Source: an uncultured Actinomycetes bacterium
GTDB lineage: Bacteria > Actinomycetota > Actinomycetes > Streptosporangiales > Streptosporangiaceae
NCBI GenBank assembly: GCA_963720645.1
Contig: CAVRFX010000021.1
Coordinates: 221,313 to 285,312, forward strand
Direction: 5' to 3'
Length of the DNA stretch: 64,000 nucleotides
The notes beneath the pieces are model-generated. The model was given only the letters and a program-made list of their open reading frames with translations. It had not been told where the DNA came from and did not search any database. This document shows, one piece after another, positions 23,974 to 35,383 of this stretch (positions within the stretch are counted from its first letter, which is position 1; each line of letters begins with the position of its first letter). Both the position numbers and the translations under genes were made by a program.

Positions 23974-24414
23974 ATGCCTGGAATCGTCGTGGGAGTCGAT
24001 GGCTCAGAGCACTCCCAGCGTTCACTTGAATGGGCGATGAGAGAGGCCGCGCTGCGGCACACCCCCCTGACCGTCCTGGCCGTCCACCCGGTGGCGATGA
24101 GCGCCTGGACCCAGACGCCGATCACCTACCCGCAGGACGAGGCCGATGAGGCCCGCGCCCTGGCCGCCGCGCAGGAGGGCGCCGACAAGGCCGCCGCGCC
24201 GCTCGGCGAGCAGGCGCCGGCCGTCACGGTCCGGTCGGTCAGCGGCTCGCCCGCGGCCGAGCTGATCAAGGCCGGGACCGGGGCGGACCTGCTGGTCGTG
24301 GGGGCCCGGGGCAGCGGGGGCTTCGCCCGCCTGCTGATGGGCTCAGTCAGCGCACAGGTCACGCACCACGCCCCCTGCCCCGTGGTGATCGTGCCAGGGC
24401 TCACGCACAGCTGA
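23974..24414 (+). CDS. universal stress protein
   Basis: MPGIVVGVDGSEHSQRSLEWAMREA...LLVVGARGSGGFARLLMGSVSAQVTHHAPCPVVIV. AGGAGGGG SD is present. Confidence 0.85.
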   Translation: MPGIVVGVDGSEHSQRSLEWAMREAALRHTPLTVLAVHPVAMSAWTQTPITYPQDEADEARALAAAQEGADKAAAPLGEQAPAVTVRSVSGSPAAELIKAGTGADLLVVGARGSGGFARLLMGSVSAQVTHHAPCPVVIVPGLTHS

Positions 24415-24456
24415 ACCCGGGGCAGGCGCACCGCCCTGCCATCCCCGTAGTCCCGT

Positions 24457-24488
24457 AGTCCCGCCGTCCAGCACTGGGCGGCGGGACT
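24457..24488 (+). terminator. intrinsic-terminator-like hairpin after the usp gene
   Basis: AGTCCCGCCG - 12 nt loop - CGGCGGGACT, followed by TTCGTG. Confidence 0.55.
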
Positions 24489-24828
24489 TTCGTGTGCCGG
24501 CAGGCCGTACAGACACATTAAATCGACCTTCACGCCGCCAGTCCTCAGCCAGCTCGTCAGCCGACATCGATGGGAACGGCGGAAACGGCGGTGGCGTGTT
24601 CCTAAACCAGGTCAACCCTGGCGACTCCGTCCACGGAAGGCTCTACTTCGATCTGCCGAAGGGCGACATGGCCGTCACTGGGCGGCCAGGTCCAGAGCCT
24701 GCGCATCCTCTGGCTGGATGCTAGCGGCGGCTCCAAGCTGGGGTCGATGGTCATCGCGTGACCCTGGATGTCAACCGGTCCGGCGCACGGGGTAAACCAG
24801 ACGGGTGCCCAGTGACGTACCCCGCGAC

Positions 24829-25671
24829 ATGCACGGCGACATGCGCCGCAACGTGGTCGACGCGCATGTCCACCTGCTGCCGGCCCGGTTGCAGGCCGCG
24901 ATCCGCGGGTTCTTCGACCGCTACGGGATCGACAGCGGCCGCTTCGCCTACCCCGCGGACCCCGGGGACGTGTGCGACCGGCTCGCCGCCGAGGGGGTCA
25001 GCGAGGTCTGGTCGCTGCCCTACGCACGCCGCCCCGGCTCGGCTGCCGACCTCAACAAGTCCATGGCCGGCCTGGTCGCCGCGCTGCGCGGCGGCCCGGT
25101 GCGGGTGACCGGCGGCTGCACGGTCCACCCCGGTGACGACCAGCCGCTCACGATCGTGCGCAGCGCGGTCGAGGACATGGGGCTGCGGGTGCTGAAACTG
25201 CACTGCTCGGTGGGGGACTTCACCCCCGACGACCCGCGCCTCGACCTGGTCTGGGCGTACTCGGCGGAGGTAGCCCTGCCCGTCGTGCTGCACGCCGGGC
25301 ACGCGGCCGACGGCCACACGGACGACGCCGAGCTGCAGCCCGTGGCCGAGGTGGCCCGCCGCCACCCGGGGGCCCGCGTCATCATCGCGCACTGCGGGCA
25401 TACGGCGTCGCGGGCCGCGCTGCGGCTGGTCGCCGGGCACGAGCACGTGTACGCCGACCTCACCCCGGTGATCCACCATCCGGTCCGGCCGCCGGCCGCG
25501 GAGCTGGCCGCCCTGGCAGGCAAGATCCTTTTTGGCTCGGACGCGCCCAACACCGGGCTGACCGTGACCGAGCTGCTGGACGGCCTGGCCGCCCCGGGCC
25601 TGCCGGGGGCCGCCTGGGAGGCGCTGACCGGCGGCGCGGCCCGGCGCCTGCTCAGTGAGGTCCGGGCCTAG
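24829..25671 (+). CDS. amidohydrolase-family metal-dependent hydrolase
   Basis: VVDAHVHLLP at the N-terminus, later VLKLHCSVG, PVVLHAGH, IIAHCG and FGSDAP (TIM-barrel metal ligands). Confidence 0.75.
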   Translation: MHGDMRRNVVDAHVHLLPARLQAAIRGFFDRYGIDSGRFAYPADPGDVCDRLAAEGVSEVWSLPYARRPGSAADLNKSMAGLVAALRGGPVRVTGGCTVHPGDDQPLTIVRSAVEDMGLRVLKLHCSVGDFTPDDPRLDLVWAYSAEVALPVVLHAGHAADGHTDDAELQPVAEVARRHPGARVIIAHCGHTASRAALRLVAGHEHVYADLTPVIHHPVRPPAAELAALAGKILFGSDAPNTGLTVTELLDGLAAPGLPGAAWEALTGGAARRLLSEVRA

Positions 25672-25692
25672 CGCCCCGGACCGGGCCAGCAA

Positions 25693-25726
25693 GAACCGGC
25701 CGCCCCCCTGGGGGGACGGCCGGTTC
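25693..25726. terminator. bidirectional hairpin between convergent amidohydrolase and lon
   Basis: GAACCGGCCGCCCCCC-T-GGGGGGACGGCCGGTTC, an almost perfect 16-bp stem. Confidence 0.65.
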
Positions 25727-25743
25727 CGGCGGCGCCGCGTGGA

Positions 25744-28134
25744 TCAGGCCGCGACGGCCGCCTGGTGGCGGGCCTGCGCGCTGTTCCCTGGCTCGAGGGC
25801 CAGGTCCAGCACCTCGCGGACGTCGCTCACCGGGTGCACCGTGAGCTGCTCCCGGACGTTCTCCGGCACGTCCTCCAGGTCCGGCTCATTGCGCTTCGGG
25901 ATCAGCACCGTGGTGATGCCGGCCCGGTGCGCGGCGAGCAGCTTCTGCTTCACCCCGCCGATCGGCAGGACCCGGCCGGTCAGCGAGACCTCACCGGTCA
26001 TGGCCACGTCGGAGCGGACCAGCCGCCCGGACAGCAGGGACGCCAGCGCGGTGGTCATCGTGACCCCGGCGCTCGGCCCGTCCTTGGGCACCGCGCCCGC
26101 GGGCACGTGCACGTGCACGCCGCGGTCCTTCAGGTCGCCGACCGGCAGTTCCAGCTCGGCGCCGTGCGAGCGCAGGTAGGACAGCGCGATCTGGGCCGAC
26201 TCCTTCATCACGTCTCCCAGCTGGCCGGTGAGCGTGACGCCGGTCGTGCCGGTCTCCCGGTCGGCCAGTGACGCCTCGATGAACAGGACGTCGCCGCCGG
26301 TGCCGGTGACCGCCAGGCCCGTGGCCACGCCGGGCACCGCGGTGCGCTCCGCCGAGTCCGGCGTGTGCCGCGGGTGACCCAGGTAGCCGTGCAGGTCGGC
26401 CTGGTCCACGGTCACGGGCAGTGTCGCCGTGCCGCCCGCCACCTGCGCGGTGATCTTCCGCAGCACCCGGGCGATGGTCCGCTCCAGGGACCGGACGCCC
26501 GCCTCGCGGGTGTACTCGCCGGCCAGCTTGTGCAGCGCGGCCGCGGTGAACGTCACGTCGGACTCCTCCAGGCCGGCCCGCTCCAGCTGCCGCGGCAGCA
26601 GGTGGCCCTGGGCGATCGTGACCTTCTCGGCCTCGGTGTACCCGTCCAGCTGGATCAGCTCCATCCGGTCCAGCAGCGGGCCGGGGATCTGTTCCAGCAC
26701 GTTGGCCGTCGCGATGAACAGCACATCCGACAGGTCGAGCTCGACCTCCAGGTAGTGGTCGCGGAACGTGTGGTTCTGCGCCGGGTCCAGCACCTCGAGC
26801 AGCGCCGCGGTGGGGTCGCCGCGGTAGTCCGCGCCGAGCTTGTCCACCTCGTCCAGGAGGATGACCGGGTTCATCGAGCCCGCCTCGCGGACGGCCCGGA
26901 CGATCCGGCCCGGCAGCGCGCCCACGTAGGTGCGCCGGTGACCGCGGATCTCCGCCTCGTCCCGGACGCCGCCCAGGGCCACCCGGGCGAACTTGCGGCC
27001 CATGGACCGGGCCACCGACTCGCCCAGCGAGGTCTTGCCGACTCCGGGCGGGCCGGCCAGGGCCAGCACCGCGCCGCTGCGCCGCCCGCCGACCAGGGCC
27101 AGGCCCTTGTCGGACCGGCGCTTGCGCACGGCCAGGTACTCGATGATCCGGTCCTTGACGTCATCCAGGCCGGCGTGATCCGCGTCGAGGATCGCCCGCG
27201 CGCCGCCGATGTCGTAGGCGTCGTCGGTGCGCTCATTCCACGGGATCTCCAGCACCGTGTCCAGCCAGGTCCGGATCCAGCTGCCCTCGGGCGACTGGTC
27301 TGAGGCGCGCTCCAGCTTGGCCGCTTCCTTCATCGCGGCCTCGTGCACCTTCTCCGGCAGCGCGGCGGCCTCGATGCGGGCCTGGTAGTCCTCTTCCTCG
27401 GTGCCCGGCTCGCCGTCCAGCTCGGCCAGTTCCTTGCGGATCGCGGCCAGCTGCTGGCGGAGCAGGAACTCACGCTGCTGCTTCTCCATGCCCTCGCGGA
27501 CGTCGTTCTGGATCGTCTCCGCGACGTCCAGCTCGGCCAGCTGGTCCCGGGCCCACCCGGTCAGCAGCTCGAGCCGCTGCTCGGGGTCGATGGTCTCCAG
27601 TAGCTGCTTGCGCTGCTCCATGGACAGGTAGCCCGCGTACCCGGCGCTGTCGGCCAGGGCCGACGGGTCGGTGATCCGCTGCAGCACGTCCACGACCTGC
27701 CACGCGCCCCGCTTCTGCAGGATGGTGGCGGCCAGCCCGCGGTACTCGCGGGCCAGTTCCTGGGCGCGCGCGCTGGCGGGCGGCTCGTCCACGACGGTGC
27801 CCTCGACCCACAGGGCCGCGCCAGGTCCGGTGGTGCCCACGCCGATCCGCACCCGGGACAGGCCGCGGATCACCGCGGCGGGCTCGCCACTGGGCAGCCG
27901 CCCGGTCTGCTCGACGGCGCCGAGCGTGCCCAGCGCGGAGTACTTACCCTCGAGCCGGGGGACGAGCAGGACGTGCGGGGTGGCGTCAGCCGCGCCCGGC
28001 ACCGAGGCGGACATCTGCGCGGCGCTGATCGCGGCGCGCGCTTCCGCGGCGGAGGTGTCAAGCGGCACCACCATGGTCGGCAGCACCACTGAGTCGTCCA
28101 GCGGCAGCACCGGCAGGGCGAGTGTTTCGCTCAT
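25744..28134 (-). CDS. lon: ATP-dependent Lon protease (endopeptidase La)
   Basis: 796 aa. LON N-domain, Walker A GPPGVGKTSLG, and protease domain PKDGPSAGVTMTTALASLLSGR with the catalytic Ser. Confidence 0.97.
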   Translation of the reverse strand: MSETLALPVLPLDDSVVLPTMVVPLDTSAAEARAAISAAQMSASVPGAADATPHVLLVPRLEGKYSALGTLGAVEQTGRLPSGEPAAVIRGLSRVRIGVGTTGPGAALWVEGTVVDEPPASARAQELAREYRGLAATILQKRGAWQVVDVLQRITDPSALADSAGYAGYLSMEQRKQLLETIDPEQRLELLTGWARDQLAELDVAETIQNDVREGMEKQQREFLLRQQLAAIRKELAELDGEPGTEEEDYQARIEAAALPEKVHEAAMKEAAKLERASDQSPEGSWIRTWLDTVLEIPWNERTDDAYDIGGARAILDADHAGLDDVKDRIIEYLAVRKRRSDKGLALVGGRRSGAVLALAGPPGVGKTSLGESVARSMGRKFARVALGGVRDEAEIRGHRRTYVGALPGRIVRAVREAGSMNPVILLDEVDKLGADYRGDPTAALLEVLDPAQNHTFRDHYLEVELDLSDVLFIATANVLEQIPGPLLDRMELIQLDGYTEAEKVTIAQGHLLPRQLERAGLEESDVTFTAAALHKLAGEYTREAGVRSLERTIARVLRKITAQVAGGTATLPVTVDQADLHGYLGHPRHTPDSAERTAVPGVATGLAVTGTGGDVLFIEASLADRETGTTGVTLTGQLGDVMKESAQIALSYLRSHGAELELPVGDLKDRGVHVHVPAGAVPKDGPSAGVTMTTALASLLSGRLVRSDVAMTGEVSLTGRVLPIGGVKQKLLAAHRAGITTVLIPKRNEPDLEDVPENVREQLTVHPVSDVREVLDLALEPGNSAQARHQAAVAA

Positions 28135-28407
28135 TGCTCACTTCCTGAGAATTCAGCTTGTCGTTTACGCTTCAACGCCGGGCGGCCAGGTTTGTTTCCG
28201 GGAACTGTTTCGCCGTCAGCGGACTTATCTTTCGCTGTGGGCGGACAAATCCGCGGCCGGGCAAACACGGCCATCCGATTGGCGGAAGACGTTTACTGCC
28301 CGCGCGGCCGGGCGCCTTTATCAGAGCGGCCCGTATTAGCGGCCGGGCCCGCTGTGCCCCGTAGCGCAACCACGTCAACCGGGAAGCCCCCCCGGGTATT
28401 CCCGGGA

Positions 28408-31299
<2,892 letters not shown>

Positions 31300-31440
31300 T
31301 ACTTCCGGTTAAGAGGTGAACTTCCTCACAACAATCTCCCGGTACGGCTGATTCCGCAGGCCCCGTCCCCCCGGGGTGCTGCCCGGGCGCACGGGCGTAA
31401 CGTGATGATCCACAGTCTTGTGCCTACCCCTGGAGGAGCC

Positions 31441-31752
31441 ATGAGCGAGCTGCCCGACCCGCCGCCAGCCGACCCGTCGGCCTTCCACCGGGACCGCCGC
31501 GAGCACGGCGGGCTGCCCCCGCGGCCCGACGACGACCAGCTCGCCGAGCTGACCGAAGAGGAGCGTGTCGACGCCGGGATCGACCCCTACGACCCGGATG
31601 AGGTGCCGCCGGCCACCGACGATCCGGTGCCCACGGACATCACCGAGTCCGAGCCGTACCGGGAGGAACGGGACGAGATCGAGCGGGAGGAGAAGGAGGG
31701 CGAGCTGAGGCCCAAGACTGATCCGTTCCCGCCTACCCGTTACGACGAGTAG
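31441..31752 (+). CDS. hypothetical acidic protein
   Basis: 103 codons. ATG is preceded by GGAGGAG. The sequence is Asp/Glu/Pro rich with high GC3. It is embedded in a spurious 735-aa track ORF. Confidence 0.6.
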   Translation: MSELPDPPPADPSAFHRDRREHGGLPPRPDDDQLAELTEEERVDAGIDPYDPDEVPPATDDPVPTDITESEPYREERDEIEREEKEGELRPKTDPFPPTRYDE

Positions 31753-31754
31753 CA

Positions 31755-31779
31755 GGCCCGGCTCAGCACCGGCCGGGCC
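31755..31779. terminator. hairpin between convergent genes
   Basis: GGCCCGGC - 9 nt - GCCGGGCC. Confidence 0.45.
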
Positions 31780-31780
31780 G

Positions 31781-32723
31781 TCAGACTTCCCACTCCAGGG
31801 CCAGGTCGTCGTCCACGATCAGGACCAGCTTGCCCTGGGTGTGGCCTGCCTCGATCCGGCGGTGCGCGCTGGCCGCGTCCTCGTAGTAGTACCTGGCCGC
31901 GACCTGCACCGACAGCAGCCCGTCGTCGAACCACGGGGCCATCCGGATCAGGCGGCTGCCGCTCGGCTGGCCGTCGTACGCCTGCCAGGTGACGCGGCGG
32001 GATTCCGGTAGCCCGGCGTGCACCGGGGTGGCGATCGTCGCCCCGTCCCGGGCCGCCCGGGCCGCGCCCTCCAGGGTGGGGGCGGCGCAGGCCAGGACCC
32101 GCTGGGCACCGCCGCCGGTCGCGTCCCGGACCTGGTCGGGCCAGTCCGGCCGGGTGTGGTCGATGACCACCGCCGCCCCCGCGTGGTGGACGAACTCGTG
32201 ATGCTCCGGGCTGGCCGTGGCCACGATCCTGGCCCCCAGGATCCGGGCGATCTGAACGGCGAAGTGCCCGAGGCCGCCCGCGCCCGCGGTGATCAGGACG
32301 TCGTCACCGCGGCCCACGGACAGGACGTCGGTCAGCCCCTGGTGCGCGGTCAGGGCGTCGATGGGGGCGCCCGGCCGCGTCGGTCACCGGGAGCCCGTCC
32401 GGGATGGGGGCGAGCTGCTCGACCGGGCACCGCACGTACTGGGCGTAACAGCCGGACAGGCCGGGATAGCCGTAGACCGGCGCGCCCTCGTCCAGCCCCG
32501 CGTCCTGGCCGGTGTCACCCTGGACGACCCCGGCGAACTCGCCCCCCGGGATGTAGGGCAGCGGCCCGGTCCAGCCGCCCCGGCGCATGGACGCGTCCCA
32601 GGGGCCCACCCCGGCCGCGAGGACCCGGACGAGGACGTCGTCCGGCCCGGGTTCCGGCATCGGGACCTCGCCGGGCTTGAGGACCTCAGGACCGCCGAAC
32701 TCGCTCACGGTGATCGCCCGCAT
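31781..32723 (-). pseudogene. zinc-type alcohol dehydrogenase / NADPH:quinone oxidoreductase family, split by a 1-nt frameshift
   Basis: N-terminal half is in ORF 32304..32723 (MRAITVSEFGGPEVLKPGEVPMPEPGPDDVLVRV...). C-terminal half is in ORF 31781..32317 (GDDVLITAGAGGLGHFAVQIARILGA...). The frames join at a G5 run, 32363-32367. Confidence 0.8.
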
Positions 32724-32857
32724 CGCCGTCCTCCCGCAGGCCGCGCGCTGTTAGCTGGCTCTTCCACGGTACGACCGGCCGCGGCGGGCGGCCGGGCGGG
32801 GCCCGCGCGGGGCCCGGGCGGGGCCCGCGCGGGCGCACCCCACCAGCCCGGGCAGTC

Positions 32858-33612
32858 TTAGTCAGAAAAATCCTGGGTCATCCACACGGTGCCGGAGCTG
32901 TCGCGGAACACGGCTATGCCGGCGTGGGTGAACGCGGAGCTGAGGATGCTGCGGCGGTGGCCGTCGTCGGGCGGCTTCTCGGCCAGCATGCTCTGGGTCA
33001 GCCCGACGGCCATCTGGGTGATCGCCGCCCCGGTGTCCGCCACCGGGCCGCCCTCGCCGATGTTCTCCCCGGCCGCGGTCCAAGCCACCCCGGCCGCGGT
33101 CTCCGGGCGCCCAGGTCCGGCTCGCCCGGGCACTGGTGTGACAGGCCGCAGCCCCCCGCCATCACCGCGTTGTGCCGGCCGGCGCTGGTGTCCAGGCCGG
33201 AGCTGATCGTGTAGGCGGGCAGACCCGCCTGGGCCCGGGCCTGGTTGATCAGGGCCAGCACCTGCCCGGCGGCCGTGGACGAGCCGGCCGGAGCCGGAGC
33301 CGTGCCCGGCCGGGCCGTCGTGGCGGACGGGGAGGGGGACGGGGCCGGGCCCGGGGTGGTGGCGGTCATCCTCGGGGACGGCTTGCGGTGGCGCCTGACC
33401 GTGGGGGACGCGGCGGCCCGGGACGGCCTGGTGCCCGGGGAGGCCGGCGCGGGCGAGGCGCTGACGGCGAGGGGCTGCGCCGCGGCCTTGTCGGCCATCT
33501 CACCGGCGCGCCCGGGCAGCCGGACGACCAGGACGATGGCCCCGGCCACGGTGAGCAGGGTCACGAGCACGCTGACGGCGAGGGACGAGCCACGGGATCC
33601 GCGGGCGGTCAT
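32858..33612 (-). pseudogene. secreted CAP/SCP-domain protein, split by a 1-nt frameshift
   Basis: The N-terminal ORF has a signal anchor, a Pro/Ala linker and LALINQARAQAGLPAY...HNAVMAGGCGLSHQCPGEPDLGAR. The C-terminal ORF continues ETAAGVAWTAAGENIGEG...HRRSILSSAFTHAGIAV. The junction is near 33103. Confidence 0.75.
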
Positions 33613-33785
33613 CGCGCCACCTCCATCAGCGGATCATGCTAGCGACGCCCGCCGCACGAAATGCGCAAATTGGCGGCCACGTAAAGCCCGGCCCATGACG
33701 TCACGTATTCTCCCTGGTCAGCGACTTCTGCCGGCCCGGCAGAAACGGCAAAAAGGACATCCGCAACGAAGACCGCAGGCGGCCC

Positions 33786-35252
33786 ATGACCCGATCACGC
33801 ATCATCATTGACGGCGCGTCGCTGACGTGTGACGGGGTCGTGGCGGTGGCCCGGGACGAGGCCCCGGTCGCGATCGGCGCGGGCGCGGTCACGGCGGCCC
33901 GCGCCGCCTGGGAGACCGCCCGCGAGGTAGCCGCCCGCCGCCCGGTGTACGGCCGCACCACCGGCGTCGGCGCGAACCGCAACGTCGGGCTGGCCGGGGA
34001 GGAGCTGGCCGGCCACGGGCTGCGGCTGCTGCGCAGCCACGCCGCCGGGTCCGGCCCGCTGCAGCCCGCCGGCCTGGGACGGGCCATGCTGGTGACCCGG
34101 CTGAACCAGATCGGGGCGGGCGGCTCCGGGGTCAACCCCGCGGTGCTGGACGTCCTCGCGGACGCGCTCAACCGCGGGTTCACCCCGCCGGTGCCGCTGT
34201 ACGGCGCCATCGGCACCGGCGACCTGACCGCGCTGGCCTCCACCGGGCTGTGCCTGATCGGCGAGCGGGCCTGGCGCACCGGCACCGGGCCGCCGCCGCG
34301 TTTCCCGCTCCGGCCGGCCGAGGCACCCGGCTTCATGAGCAGCAACGCGGCCACCCTCGGCGAGGCCGCGCTGGCCTGCCACGACCTGGGCGGCCTGGTG
34401 CGCTCGGCGGTGGTGATCGCCGCCCTGTCGCTGCTCGCGGTGCGCGCCTCGCTGGAGCCCTACGCCCCGGCGGTGCACCGGGGCCGCCCGGCCGGGCAGC
34501 AGCGGGTGGCCCGCCGGGTGCGGACGCTGCTGGACAGGCCTGGGTACGAGCCGGCCCGGATCCAGGACTCGTACGGCTTCCGGGCCTTTCCCCAGGTGCA
34601 CGGCCCGGCGGCCGACTCGCTGGAGTACGCCACCCGGGTGGTGACCGGCGAGCTCAACGCGGCCAGCGAGAACCCGCTCGTCAACGCCGGCGGCGGGACG
34701 GTCTGGCACAACGGCAACTTCCACGCCGCCTACGTCGGGCTGGCCCTCGACTCGGCCCGAGCGGCGCTGTTCCAGACCGCCGCGCTGTCCGCGGCCCGGC
34801 TGGGCACCCTGGTCGAGCCGTCCTTCACCGGCCTGCAGGCGTTCGCGGCGGACACCCCGGCCAGCTCGGGCATCATGATCCTGGAGTACGTCGCCCAGTC
34901 CGCGGTGGCCGACCTCCGCCGCTCCGCCACCCCGGCCGCGCTGGGCAGCGCGGTGCTGTCGCGCGGCGTGGAGGAGCACGCCGGCTTCTCCACCCAGTCG
35001 GCCCGGGCCAGCACCGACGCGCTGGCCGCCTACCGGGCCGTGCTGGCCTGCGAGCTGGCCGCCGCGGTGCGGGTGCTCCGGATGCAGGATCGGGCCCCGG
35101 CCGCCGGCGGCCCGCTGCGGGCCGCGTTCGACGCCGCGGACGCGGTCCTCGACCCGCGCACGGCCGACCGGCCGCTGGACGCCGACCTGTCCGCGGCCGA
35201 GGGGCTTCTGGGCGGGTATGCCGCTTTTGGCCGGGCCGACGGGGATGTCTAG
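33786..35252 (+). CDS. aromatic amino acid/histidine ammonia-lyase family protein with non-canonical MIO triad
   Basis: VYGRTTGVGAN and the overall HAL/PAL architecture. At the Ala-Ser-Gly position it reads GAI-GTG-DLTALAS. Confidence 0.85.
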   Translation: MTRSRIIIDGASLTCDGVVAVARDEAPVAIGAGAVTAARAAWETAREVAARRPVYGRTTGVGANRNVGLAGEELAGHGLRLLRSHAAGSGPLQPAGLGRAMLVTRLNQIGAGGSGVNPAVLDVLADALNRGFTPPVPLYGAIGTGDLTALASTGLCLIGERAWRTGTGPPPRFPLRPAEAPGFMSSNAATLGEAALACHDLGGLVRSAVVIAALSLLAVRASLEPYAPAVHRGRPAGQQRVARRVRTLLDRPGYEPARIQDSYGFRAFPQVHGPAADSLEYATRVVTGELNAASENPLVNAGGGTVWHNGNFHAAYVGLALDSARAALFQTAALSAARLGTLVEPSFTGLQAFAADTPASSGIMILEYVAQSAVADLRRSATPAALGSAVLSRGVEEHAGFSTQSARASTDALAAYRAVLACELAAAVRVLRMQDRAPAAGGPLRAAFDAADAVLDPRTADRPLDADLSAAEGLLGGYAAFGRADGDV

Positions 35253-35383
35253 GGTAAGGGCGAACACGGAGGAGGCACGGTGAGCGACGTCCGGTTCCGG
35301 CTCGCGAGGGCGGGCCGTCAGGCCCGGCCGAGCGGCCGGTGGGGTTCTGCTCGCCGGACGGCGCGAACACCGGAGGAGACACG

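Noticed and set aside
24494-24724. 76-aa ORF containing VFLNQVNPGDSVHGRLYFDLPKGD, which resembles the C-terminal beta-strands of a DUF4352-type lipoprotein domain.
   Set aside because: Only a ~25-aa fragment is recognisable. No start, SD or N-terminal part is present. It is probably a decayed gene remnant and the evidence is too weak to annotate.
28135-28407. Search for an HspR/HAIR (CTTGAGT-N7-ACTCAAG) or other heat-shock operator upstream of lon.
   Set aside because: Only weak partial palindromes are seen (CTGAGAATTCAG, GCGGACAAATCCGC), with no convincing match.
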